From NCBI RefSeq assembly GCF_000143415.4, contig NW_003314343.1, positions 744,813 through 808,812 on the forward strand: 64,000 nucleotides of DNA. Direction: 5' to 3'. Shown one piece after another: positions 35,361 through 45,757 of the stretch. Positions within the stretch are counted from its first letter, which is position 1. Each line of letters starts with the position of its first letter. Below the pieces are notes generated by a model, which saw only the letters and a list, made by a program, of their open reading frames with translations, ran no database searches and was not told where the DNA came from. The stretch comes from Selaginella moellendorffii (lineage: Eukaryota > Plantae > Lycopodiophyta). Both the position numbers and the translations under genes were made by a program.

Positions 35361-36690
35361 CATATCACTCACGCACAAGTGGGAACCATCTGTGGCCTTG
35401 GAGCTCTTCTCGAGGATACAACAACGTGAAGAAGATCTCTCGCTGGATTCCTAGAGCTTCAAGGCCGCACTCGAGGCTTGTGGGAATCTGGTGGCTTTGG
35501 AGGCCGTGAGATGGATCCACGGTTGCGTTTTACGAACCGCGCTGGTGGACACGTATGGGAAGTGTGGAGGCATGGTGGAAGCTCGGCATGCTTTCGACTC
35601 CGGGTGGAAGTCTCGAATGCTTTGATTGGGGGATACAGCTGCCAGGGGAACTACAAGCTCGCGATGGAGCTCTTCGATCAAATGCGTGACGAGAAGAAAT
35701 GAGAGCCGAACGGGATCACTTTCGCGTCGGTTCTCTCTCGGCTTGCAGCCCTGCTGAGCTGGTCGAGGCGATCTTCTCGTCCACTACGTTCTCAGTATAC
35801 CCGAGTATCAGCGTGTTCCAGAGTGCCAGATTATGGACTGGAAGAGCCCCTGAGCGTCCAATAAACTTCCACAATCTGTGTAACCAAGCTCTGGCTGGCC
35901 GTTTTCCAAGTGCCCCAGCACCAACGAAACCAGGTCATGCTGCGAAAACTTGTCCGGGCACCCACACCGAACGATAGCGTACATGTCGATCAGCGAGCTG
36001 GCCACGAATATATCTAGCTCATGCTTGTCTGAAGCTCGAGAATGGAGATCCATGCCTTTCTCCAGCGTCCCTGTTTTCACGAACCATCTTCCAACTCTTT
36101 GCTGCCTTCTTCCTTGCCTGCTATGCCTTAAGAGCAGCAACAAAGGTCCTGTCATTTGTCATCCATGACAGTGGTGCCTGTAAAGCCAGTGCCTCTTCCC
36201 CCTTTTCCAGCATCAGTGCCGCCCAAGAGACCACACTCTGATACAAAAACTCTCTCAGCTTCCACCAAGTTGCCACACACTATCCATACAAGCTCACCAG
36301 CGTGTTTGCAACGTAGAAATCGTGCCCGCTCTCCGCTGCATCGCCATGGATTTTCGTCGCGAGATCCACGTCGCCGGAGCTGCCACACGCCTTCAACGCC
36401 GCAACAAGGACGGGAATCGCCACAATCTTCGCCTCTTCCTCCTGCTGGATCCTAAGAAACGCCGAAATCCTCGCCATTTCGGGCGAGGCGATCGGAGGCG
36501 CTCGTCCTTGCCAGGTCTTGCATTCCATTATGTAGCTCAAGTCGATCCGGCAGGAGCTGGAGGACGTGCTTGGATTCTGCGAGAGATTTCCTTCCCTTTC
36601 GGGGAAAATGTAAGCGATCGGTGCGATCGGTGCGTTGTTTCTTGGAGAATGCCGCTCAGTGCGTCTTGCTCTTGCAGATTTCTCGCGGCA
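35360..36690. pseudogene. Two convergent fragmented PPR genes (+ strand ~35360-35780; - strand ~35760-36590)
   Basis: Pieces VSNALIGGYSCQGNYKLAMELFDQM (+), DIFVASSLIDMYA (-) and FYVANTLVSLYG (-). Homologous to 32230-33200 and 46500-47740. Confidence 0.75.
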
Positions 36691-36759
36691 TCTCACACTT
36701 CTTCCAAAACGCAAGAACCCTAGGTAAGCTTTAAAGGCTCCTTTAAATTGCTGTTTAAC

Positions 36760-38744
36760 TTAAGTCACAGCTTCTGGAGCCGAGCTACAGTAAGGCGTAT
36801 ACAAACAAACCATTCGAGTGCTGGTAAGAAGCGCGCTCGCAAACCCAAAGCCAGTCACCAGTCCCATCACCACGCTGCTCGCGCCCCTCCTTCCAGCAGC
36901 TCTCACCAAAATCTGGCGACCAAACGCTGGAACCAAGCTTCCACACGCCACCACCATCCAAAAATCTAGTCCGCTGTAGCTCAGTCCTCCCAGAATCGCC
37001 ACAATCGCACCCACCGGACTCGCAAATCCCGTCACTGTTGCTAGAACCAATGCCTGCTGCCAGCTTCCAGTAGCTCCATAGATGGTGCTCGCTACAGCGG
37101 CCCCTCGCGGGAGTCCGTGGAGACAAACCGGCAAGAGCATATGAGTTCCAAGTCCGTAAGCTTTGCTGGCCGCCACACCCAGAGCTAAGCCTTCCGCAAA
37201 GGCGTGGAAGCCCATTGTCCCTGCTGCTAGAATCGCCCCGGAAGCCAGGCTGCTGGCTTGCTTTGGCTTGGTGATGAAAACTTCCACTTCGGCCTTCCGG
37301 GGTCTTCTGCTTTCCCACAGGTGAGCCAGCCTCCATAGACAAGTTCCCAGGAAGAAGAGCCCCGAGAGAACTAGTCTGTCCATCTTTCCCGAGAGCCAGA
37401 GCTGTGACGGCCTCCAGAGAGCCAGGACGAGTGCTATCCCGGATCCCACTGAGCCAAAGAATGAGTAAGGTAATCTGATCGAGCCGACGAGCGAAACTAG
37501 AGCGAGGCCGCCGATGAAAGGCCCCAGTCCGAAGAGCAGTGACCAGAGAAGAGCAGAGCCAGTGTTGTTCCATCTGGAAACATTAGAGCTGTCAAGCCGC
37601 CCTGGTTTTGGTGAAAAACGATATAGTTATACCTGGCTCCGCTTTCCATGACTGCGCTTAGAATCTCCATGAAAGCTATCGAGACGGTTGCCGCGGAGGC
37701 AACTTCGGAAGCATCGGCATCCTGGATAGCAGCCAACGTTAGGCGTGCCTAAGAGTCTCTAGAGTTTGCTCTATCACCTTAAAACTGTCGGGAAGAACTT
37801 CGGCCAGGACCATCCAGATCATGCATCCCGCAGCGAAGCCCATGCAGAGAGGTAGAAATTTTTGGAACGCCTCCGCACAGATAAAAGCTGGTACTGCTAC
37901 CAATGGCTGTATCCAGAGAGAAGATAACGTGTCAAAGGTTTGGCAAACCAAACAAAAGATCAAGCGTTACCTGTGGCAAAGAAGTAAAGGTACTCCAAAG
38001 CATCGCATTGCGAGCCGAGACCCCTCGCGACGCAAGGACCATACTCACTGCCAATCCCTCGGGAATGTTGTGCACAGCAATCGCCAGCGTCACAGTGAGT
38101 CCTTGCGAGAGTCCCTTGGGTCCGGCAAAGGAAACTCCCACTCCAGATCCTTCTCCAAACGAGTGAAGCGTCATGATACCAATCACAAGGAGCATTTTCC
38201 TTGCATCAGCACCCTTGACATCCATGAGCTTCACGTCCCCAAACCTCTCCAAAACCTGCAAGAAAAAAAGCAAAGAATAGGATGACAGTGTTCTAGAAAA
38301 ATAAATCCAGTGTTCTAGAGGAGAACGAACCTTTTGGCTGTAGAGAATGAAGAGTCCACCCGAAAGAATGCCCGCCACCACCCAATTTCCTCCTCCAAAC
38401 CTCTGGCCTTCCTGGATTAAATCGAAGCTCGCGGCAAGCATCACTCCAGACGCGATCCCGTTGCACAGTCCGGCCCATTTTGCTTGCAACTCCACGAAGA
38501 AGAACGGCACGGCACCGAGACCAGTAGCGGCAGCCATTCCAAGCGTGAGAATCGCCACAGTCGCCACAGAAACCCTCGATGCCGCTGTTCTCGAGCCGCT
38601 CCATCCCTGATCCTTCTCACCCGGCGCTACCCTAGCCCTGACACTCACCGACGACCGATCCTCCTCCACGGCGTGCGATACATTCGCGACGAGGGCGAGC
38701 AAGGCGATGGCGAGGACGACGCTGCCAATCGCGCCTCGATTCAT
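36760..38744 (-). CDS. ZIP-family metal transporter with duplicated ZIP domain (At3g08650-like), multi-exon
   Basis: Signal peptide. MTLHSFGEGSGVGVSF and AIAVHNIPEGLAV in the first repeat; FHAFAEGLALGV and LHGLPRGAAVAS in the second. Short GT-AG introns. Confidence 0.92.
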
Positions 38745-38943
38745 GGCGCCGGCCTCTTGGAGATTGCCGCGATCGCATCACTCTGGAACGAGCATCATGG
38801 CAGCGCGGCGGGAACGCGTCTTCTCTCCTCCACGCGATGACGCAATAAGCCCTAAATAAACGCCATTGTTTGGTCAAAATGGCCGCCATAGCTGGGCACC
38901 AAAGGGGACAAAAGGAGAGAACTTATAGAAGGGAAAATCTATG

Positions 38944-39324
38944 TCACAGCAATCCCCATTTCCCGCGCGAGCCTCTTCCCTTTTGTTTTCTTCGTCTTCT
39001 TCGTCGTCGCCTCCTTCGCCGCTTGAGCTTGTGATCATGCTGCTCGCTCTTCCTCGATCGCTTTCTTCTGCGGTGGTGATCGTTCTTCTTCTTCTTCTTC
39101 TTCCTCTTCGATTCCAAGTGCTTGCTACTGCTTATCGATCTGGATGCGAGCTTGAATCCCACCGAATTGCCCCTAGAAATCCTCTTCTTCCTGGCGAGCT
39201 TCTTGATGCTGCCCCGCGGCGCCCGGCATCCTAGCAATTTGGATAGCGAGCGAACGCTGCTCCCAGCCTGGTGCTTCAAGCACGACAGAGCTCGCAGGAT
39301 CACATTTGATTTCCGGCGCCCCAT
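38944..39324 (-). CDS. Linker-histone-H1-derived, Arg/Lys-rich protamine-like protein (126 aa)
   Basis: ILRALSCLKHQAGSSVRSLSKLL...SIKKLARKKRI...GFKLA resembles the H1 globular-domain pattern (I..AI..LK...GSS...I.K....LKKL...G.....SFKL). The protein is ~40% R+K, and the R11 run is encoded by mixed codons. Confidence 0.65.
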   Translation of the reverse strand: MGRRKSNVILRALSCLKHQAGSSVRSLSKLLGCRAPRGSIKKLARKKRISRGNSVGFKLASRSISSSKHLESKRKKKKKKNDHHRRRKRSRKSEQHDHKLKRRRRRRRRRRRKQKGRGSRGKWGLL

Positions 39325-39505
39325 TGCGCCAAATCCAATTTTCTGAGTGTGTTCTACCGATCGATCGTCACGGCGAGCTAATCCCAGCTAGAATTGCGAT
39401 CGCCCATCAGCAGCTCCGATCGCTCGAGTTCTTGCTCGCGAACGGGCGTGCCCTAACATGGCGCCCTCGCGACATCCACCGTTGATGGAGCATATTCCAC
39501 CCAGT

Positions 39506-41299
39506 TTAAAAAGAGCTTAAGAACACGTAGGGCGCGGAACTCTGTGGATCGATTTGCGACGCGCGCAGCGCCGCTTGCGATCCAATCCCGCAATTGCCGT
39601 GCAGCCTCGACGCGCCCACGATCGACATGCACGAGATCTCGTCCTGCGGCGTGGATTGGAGCAAATCCTGAGCCTCGATCAGCAGCCCGGAGCGGCCCAG
39701 AAGATCGATCACACACGCGTAGTGCCCGGCGATGGGTTCTACCCCAAAATCGCCCACCATCGACACGAAGAACTCGCGCGCTCTGCTCCACAGCCCTCCA
39801 TGGCCGCAAGCCGAGAGAACTCCCGAGAAAGTCACCTGGCAGGGCTGGAATCCATCGCAGATCATGAGCGGGAGGAGCTGGATTGCGATCGCCGCGCGGC
39901 CGAGCTGAGCATACGATCCGATCAAGGTGTTCCAGGAGATTGAATTGGCGTGAGGCATCGTGATGAGAATTCTCGCGGCTTGATCCAGCAAGCCACACTT
40001 CCCATACATGTTGATGAGCGAGTTTCCCACCACTGTCTCGGACTGGACGCCGTAAAGGAAGATCCTGGCGTGCATAGCTCGGCCATCGCTCAGCGAGAGG
40101 CTGCTCGCGCAGGCATCCAAAACACTGATGCAAGTCACCTTGTTTGGAAGCTCCGATCGAAACTCCACCACCATTTTCTTGAAGAGATTGATGGCTTCTT
40201 TTCCATAGCCATTCTGCCCGTAGCCAGCGATGAGAGCGTTCCAGGACACCAAGTTTCTCTTCCCGTCCATGGAATCAAACAGGAACTTCGCATCCTCGAG
40301 GCGTCCTTCAAGAGCGTATCCGCTTATCATCGAGTTCCAGGACGCCGGATCTCTATCTCTATCGGGCATTCGATCAAACATCTCTCGGGCTTTGTCGAGA
40401 TGGCCGCTTTGGGCATACCCGGTTATCATCGCGTTCCACGAAACCGAGTCTTTCTCTTCCATCCGATCGAAGAAATTCTTTGCAAGATCGACACGATTGG
40501 TCTGAACAAAGCTGGTGATCATAGTGTTGTAAGTTACGACGTTTTTCTCCGGTGACTGATCGAAAAGTTGTCTTGCTCGCCGCAAATCCCCGCATTTGGC
40601 AACTGCGGATATGATTGAGTTCCACGAAACAGCATCAGGACGCGGAATCTTTCGGAAGAAAGACTCGGCTTCTACCGTATGGCCATTTCGTATGTACGCA
40701 GCTAACATAGCATTCCATGTAACGGAGTTACGACGCTTCATTCGATCGAAACAAGCTTTTGCGCTCTCCAAATCCCCACTGTGCGAGTATGCAGTGATCA
40801 TTGCAGTCCACGAGAACACATCTCTGGCTTTCATTCGATCAAAGATTTCTTTAGCAGAATCAAAGTCCTGGTTCTCAACATAGAGGTTCATCATCGCGTT
40901 CCAGGCAGCAACATCCTTTTCCGGCATCGCTTCAAAAATCTGTCGAGATTTACGCAAATGCCCGTTATGGGCATATACAACGAGCAGGAGAGTCCATGAG
41001 AAAACATTCGGCACCGCGATGGTGTCAAAAACCCGCCGAGCCTCGTCCAGCTTCCCACACTTCCCATACATTTCCACGAGGAGATTAGCGAGGTATCTGT
41101 CCGATCGAAGCGAGCTTTGTTGGAGAAGAGAGTGCGCGCGTCTTCCAGCCGAGAGATTCTTGCTTTTGCCGCAGTACTTGACGATCCCCTCGTAGAGGTT
41201 GCAGCAGTCGCTCGAGAGTCGGAGCTGATCGAGGGCACTGTGGAGATCGGCATCGCTGGTGATCGAAAGCTTTGGAGATTGGAATGGCGAAGAGCTCAT
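39506..41299 (-). CDS. PLS-class PPR protein ending in the E domain, no DYW
   Basis: 597 aa. RYLANLLVEMYGKCG start and tandem short motifs. HYACVIDLLGRSG; ends APYVFLSSF*. Confidence 0.9.
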   Translation of the reverse strand: MSSSPFQSPKLSITSDADLHSALDQLRLSSDCCNLYEGIVKYCGKSKNLSAGRRAHSLLQQSSLRSDRYLANLLVEMYGKCGKLDEARRVFDTIAVPNVFSWTLLLVVYAHNGHLRKSRQIFEAMPEKDVAAWNAMMNLYVENQDFDSAKEIFDRMKARDVFSWTAMITAYSHSGDLESAKACFDRMKRRNSVTWNAMLAAYIRNGHTVEAESFFRKIPRPDAVSWNSIISAVAKCGDLRRARQLFDQSPEKNVVTYNTMITSFVQTNRVDLAKNFFDRMEEKDSVSWNAMITGYAQSGHLDKAREMFDRMPDRDRDPASWNSMISGYALEGRLEDAKFLFDSMDGKRNLVSWNALIAGYGQNGYGKEAINLFKKMVVEFRSELPNKVTCISVLDACASSLSLSDGRAMHARIFLYGVQSETVVGNSLINMYGKCGLLDQAARILITMPHANSISWNTLIGSYAQLGRAAIAIQLLPLMICDGFQPCQVTFSGVLSACGHGGLWSRAREFFVSMVGDFGVEPIAGHYACVIDLLGRSGLLIEAQDLLQSTPQDEISCMSIVGASRLHGNCGIGSQAALRASQIDPQSSAPYVFLSSF

Positions 41300-41605
41300 T
41301 TATCATTGGCATCGTCTGGAAGTCAAGACAAGACCAATATTTTAACTGCGAAAGGAAGTCCTTTTCTTGCACGGCTTTAAAATGGAGGAATCGGCCACGA
41401 ATTTTTTTTTATCAAAATTATTTTGTTTGCTTCTTAGTTTGAACGAAAGGTAACAGTGATTGATCGAAAACTTTCGGTTGGATGGATTGGAAGCAGCTCA
41501 CGATACGACAAGTATGTTTGAAACAATAAGCAAGATTTTGGGATTTTGGATCCAAAAAACGGGATTTTTCCATTGATTTGTCGATCGCATCGATCGATCG
41601 TCGAT

Positions 41606-42028
41606 TCATTTGGCTGCGAAGCCAGCGGCTCTGTGTGGCTCACTCTTGCGTCGACTGTATCCTTTCTTCTTGGCTTGCTGCTCTGGAGCTACTGCTATTG
41701 CTTTGGCTTTGGGAGGCCTCCCCCTTTTTCTTGGAAGAAAGCGAGCTGGAGCTTCTTCGTTTTGTTCTTGCTTGTGGGCATTAACCACATCTTTGCTGCT
41801 GCCACTGTCTTCAAAGAATGGCTTTGGATCAAAGTGATCATCTAGAACTCCCTCCTGTTCTTGATGCTTCTCTTCTTTCTCTTGTTGATCTTCTTCGCTT
41901 TCGTGTTGAATCACTTTCTTTGGCCTGCCCCTCTTCCTTGGAGCTTCTGCTGCCCTGTTATCAATCCCCAAATTGTTGGTGGCATCGTCCTCAATGGATT
42001 TCTTGGACCTGGGCTTCGTTCTTCCCAT
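41606..42028 (-). CDS. Small AT-hook protein
   Basis: MGRTK... with two RKRGRP AT-hooks and an acidic linker. The C-terminal SRRKSEPHRAA resembles the SRRKxxPxRAA tail of a conserved small plant protein family. Confidence 0.75.
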   Translation of the reverse strand: MGRTKPRSKKSIEDDATNNLGIDNRAAEAPRKRGRPKKVIQHESEEDQQEKEEKHQEQEGVLDDHFDPKPFFEDSGSSKDVVNAHKQEQNEEAPARFLPRKRGRPPKAKAIAVAPEQQAKKKGYSRRKSEPHRAAGFAAK

Positions 42029-43029
42029 TCTCGAGATTCCAAAGGAAGCAAGCAAGCAAGCAAACAAAAATAAATAAAGAAAAAAAATCAAGAGAGAACT
42101 GCAAAGATTTCAAATGATATGGTGATATGGATTCTTGTGAAGCCAAAAGACCCAAAAGCTCAGATTCTACAGGAACCCATGGCCAAGCTCCAAAGTTCCA
42201 ATCACGCAAATCCTATATTCCTCCACTCCAAAAACAACTCGAGCGATCTACAGTGGATCTGCTGACATCCTGGAGAGCAATCTTAACAAACATGGACAAA
42301 ACTAGCACTGTGGCGAATGGGAGATGGGTTGGATATCTATCAGCGAGAAAAAATGAGATGAACATCGACACAGCAAGAAAGAAATGAAAAGGAAAGAAAT
42401 AATATCAATGCTGCCAGGAGGCAAGATCAAGACTTTTAATCTTTGCTCAAAAGCTTTAGAATTTATTCTTTTTTTGAAATTCCTTGCCAAGGTACTATAC
42501 AAGTCACGAAGCTGATTTGATATTTTCAAACAATATCTCAGTGGCACCGTCGCTGTACATACCAAAAATCTTTATAAAAATAAATAAATATTTAAAATCA
42601 CGAAGTGCCAGGAGTACGAACAATACCTTTGACATTGAAGCAAGAAAAACTGGATTGTTTGATTGATTTTGGGGAGAATTTAAGATCAAGATCATGAAAT
42701 CAGGAAGGAGGGGAGTTGAGTTCCAGCATAACCAAGCTAACAACAGTGAGAATAAGTCCAGCCACGAGAGAGAAGTTCTTCTTCAAGTGGTGAATCCCAA
42801 AAGCCAGCAAGACGAAGACCATGAAAATATAGAGTGTCACCGCAAAGATCCATGCAGTGTGTGGATTTGCTAGTGATACCTGGCCAAGAAATCGCTGGAA
42901 CATCTTGGAACCTTGGATGAGAGTTCTCGCCCAAAACACAAGGGAAGTCAACCAAAACACAAATGTGTATACAAACATGGTTTTTTTTCTTTTTCTTTTT
43001 ATTTTTCAACAATTTATTACATAAATCTT

Positions 43030-45443
43030 TCAAGTGTTCTTCTCCAAAACAGATAGTGCTGGCGTCAAATAGTTGTTTGATTTGTCAGGAACATGAGCAA
43101 CCTGGAATGAATCTCCAAGTTAAATCGGCAAAAGGAACAAGGACTCGCCAAATGTAAAAATTTCTTTTTTACCAGTTCATACAAGCCTTGTCCAGCCTCA
43201 GGAGTGTACTCGTAACAGACCTGCTTGTAAAAAGAAATTCTTAGAGCTCTGGAAAGAAGATCATTAAAATCGAAGCTCACGTCAAAGCTCTTGTTCCTGG
43301 CTGTTGGATCGTGCAAAGCTTTGACACAAACATCTGCAACGTCTGCGCAGCTAATTCCCTGCGTTTGCAAAGTTTGAGATGCTTTGCCTGGAAAACAGAG
43401 ACAGAAGAACGAAGAGCCTACCTGTGTAATTCGATTCCCTTGATCAAACACTAGTGCTCGTTGTCCCCCAGGTTCCTCCTGAAACATGATCTAGTAAAAA
43501 AGGTTTGCAAGACAAATGGTACCAATACCATGAGTGGACCAGGACGTATAATTGTGTATCCAAGTCCAGAGTTTCTCAGTGCTGCTTCTCCAGCCTATTT
43601 TGGAAAGAAGAAAACCGAAAGTTAAAGGCACTGTGAAGCATGCAATACCTGTTTCGCTCTAAGAAGTTTCTCTCTGCTTTCACCCTCAACCCCAGCTGCA
43701 GAGCAAGAGACTAGAATGAAATCAGTCTCTTCTCCCGTCTGAAATACAAGAACCAGTGTGAATCAAAAGGACCGAAAGATAGAATGCAAAGTGCACTTAC
43801 AGGGAGAGCTTTGATGTAGTCCACTAGCAGCTTAAAACTGCTAGTTTCTCCTGTTGCTAAAAACGAAGATCTCTAACAAAGTAAAGAAACTCCTTTTATA
43901 GCGACTAATGTACCATTCTAGAGCTTACTTGTTTTCTCGGCTCAAATCTTATGGCCAGCTTATCCACCAAGAACAAATCAAGTGGTGGATCTTCTTCGTT
44001 CATAGGCCTGAACTTTGTGAAGGGTATTCTAATCTGCAAAAACGAGAGTTAATGAGTGAGAAAGTAAACCATGACCCATACCCTACTATAGCCAAGCCGT
44101 GTCAAGAATCTTGCATAGTAACGTCTTCTAGGAGCGTCGTATTCTCCACCACTGGTCTCGAGAATGAGGCTGTAAATCTTACCGTCGCCACAAACACATA
44201 AAACTAGACCTTCGTATCTGTAAGCACGAAATGGAACCAGCCACACAATGAAGATGAGAAAAGAGAGAACTTCGCAAAACTTTCCCACCTGTCAAGAGTA
44301 AAACCCGAAGGAAACGATAAGCTTTTCACCATTTCTACGTAGCCACCTCTGCTGGGTACAAACCCTGAGACAACGAGAAACTATAACTCTTTGCTACTCC
44401 CTGGTAACAAAACACGTACCTGAGAAGTCGGCATTGTTGTTTTCATCCACGTCCAAAGTTCCACCAAAATTCACCTGATACTTTGAGGAGGGATCGTAGC
44501 CACCAAAAGCTTCACCTCTCCTCATCTCCCAGGAATCCACCTCCTTTGCCTTGCTGAATTTCGCCACAACAAGTTTGCTCTTGCTACTCCGCCCAGCACG
44601 AGTTTGTGCTAACCTGTGATTGTAATCCTACGCACACAAACAAAAACACATGAGAACTTCTGGCAAAGCAAGCTTACGCAAACCTGGAATGCTGTTGATA
44701 GATTTTGGACCCCCTTGTTGTCAACTCTGTAGAGATCAGCAGTAATATATGATCGCGCAGCGGCACAGCAGATGATCTTGTTGCAACCTTCGACCGCTGC
44801 TTTCAGCGTCTCCGGCTCTCCCAAATCGCCCACAACGATTTGCACCGAGCGAGGCAGCATCTCCAAAGTCTCGGGATCGGCATTTCGTACCAAAGCCTTC
44901 ACAAAAGAATGAATTTTAGAGAAACCAAAATGCCTCAAACATTTGCCCATTAGAGGCAAATGCCAAGAGAAGAAGAGACTCTACCTTAACTTTGTATCCT
45001 CGCAGCTGGAGCTTCCGGATGAGAACCCGGCCAACGCGACTGGTAGCTCCCACGACCAGCAGCGTCGTAAACTCGGCGTTTGGGATGGTGAATTCGCACA
45101 TTGGGCCGCCAACGAGCACATTGTCATCCCCATCCCGGGGCCTGGACGAGCCCGTGAACTGACCCAGATCCTTGATCCGCTGCCACACATCGTCGAAAGC
45201 CTTCCTCGACTTTCGACCCAGATCCACCGGGTTCACATTCTCCAGGCTGAGCGACAGTGGCGGCTGCTCCGGCTGCCGCTTGGGCGAACCTGTGGAAGAA
45301 TTGGAGGGATCATCCGCGCAAGCTGTGATCAAACGCGCCGGTTTGAAGCTCACCAGGCGGCTGGCGCTGCTCCTGTGGACGAGAGTGACGCCAAATGCGA
45401 GTTCCTGGCGGCCGGAAGCGAGTCCCGCCACACTGGCAGCCAT
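43030..45443 (-). CDS. HCF173: HIGH CHLOROPHYLL FLUORESCENCE 173 (atypical SDR with CIA30 insert; psbA translation factor), multi-exon
   Basis: Transit peptide. VNPVDLGRKSRKAFDDVW, GGPMCEFTIPNAEFTTLLVVGATSRVGRVLIRKLQLRGY and GISCADVADVCVKALHD are present. Ends NNYLTPALSVLEKNT*. Confidence 0.92.
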
Positions 45444-45496
45444 TGATTCATACACTCATCGTCATCCATAGCCATTTGACGCGCCACAAAAAGTGC

Positions 45497-45502
45497 CACG
45501 TG
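45497..45502. promoter_or_regulatory. G-box (GCCACGTG) ~55 bp upstream of the HCF173 ATG
   Basis: CACGTG in the proximal promoter of a photosynthesis gene; function is inferred. Confidence 0.4.
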
Positions 45503-45757
45503 TAAAACTTAAAAGTTACCTAAAATGCTTTTAGTTAAGATTTTTTAGCTAACTAATAACTGTTAAAATACTTAACAGCGCAAGTAACAACAAAACATTG
45601 TTAGCAGTAGCAACAGCAATGGTATGTAGCCTGAAGATTTTACTTTGTTTTGGAAGAATGCATACCTCCTTTGCTTGGAAAGGCCACCAAGAGGAGCAAT
45701 CTGTGCCGGAAGAACTTGGGACATGAGCAAGAATTCTTAGAACTTTCAATGTAGCTG

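Noticed and set aside
38941-39234. Plus-strand Ser/Leu-rich 97-aa ORF
   Set aside because: Antisense shadow of the Arg/Lys-rich H1-like ORF.
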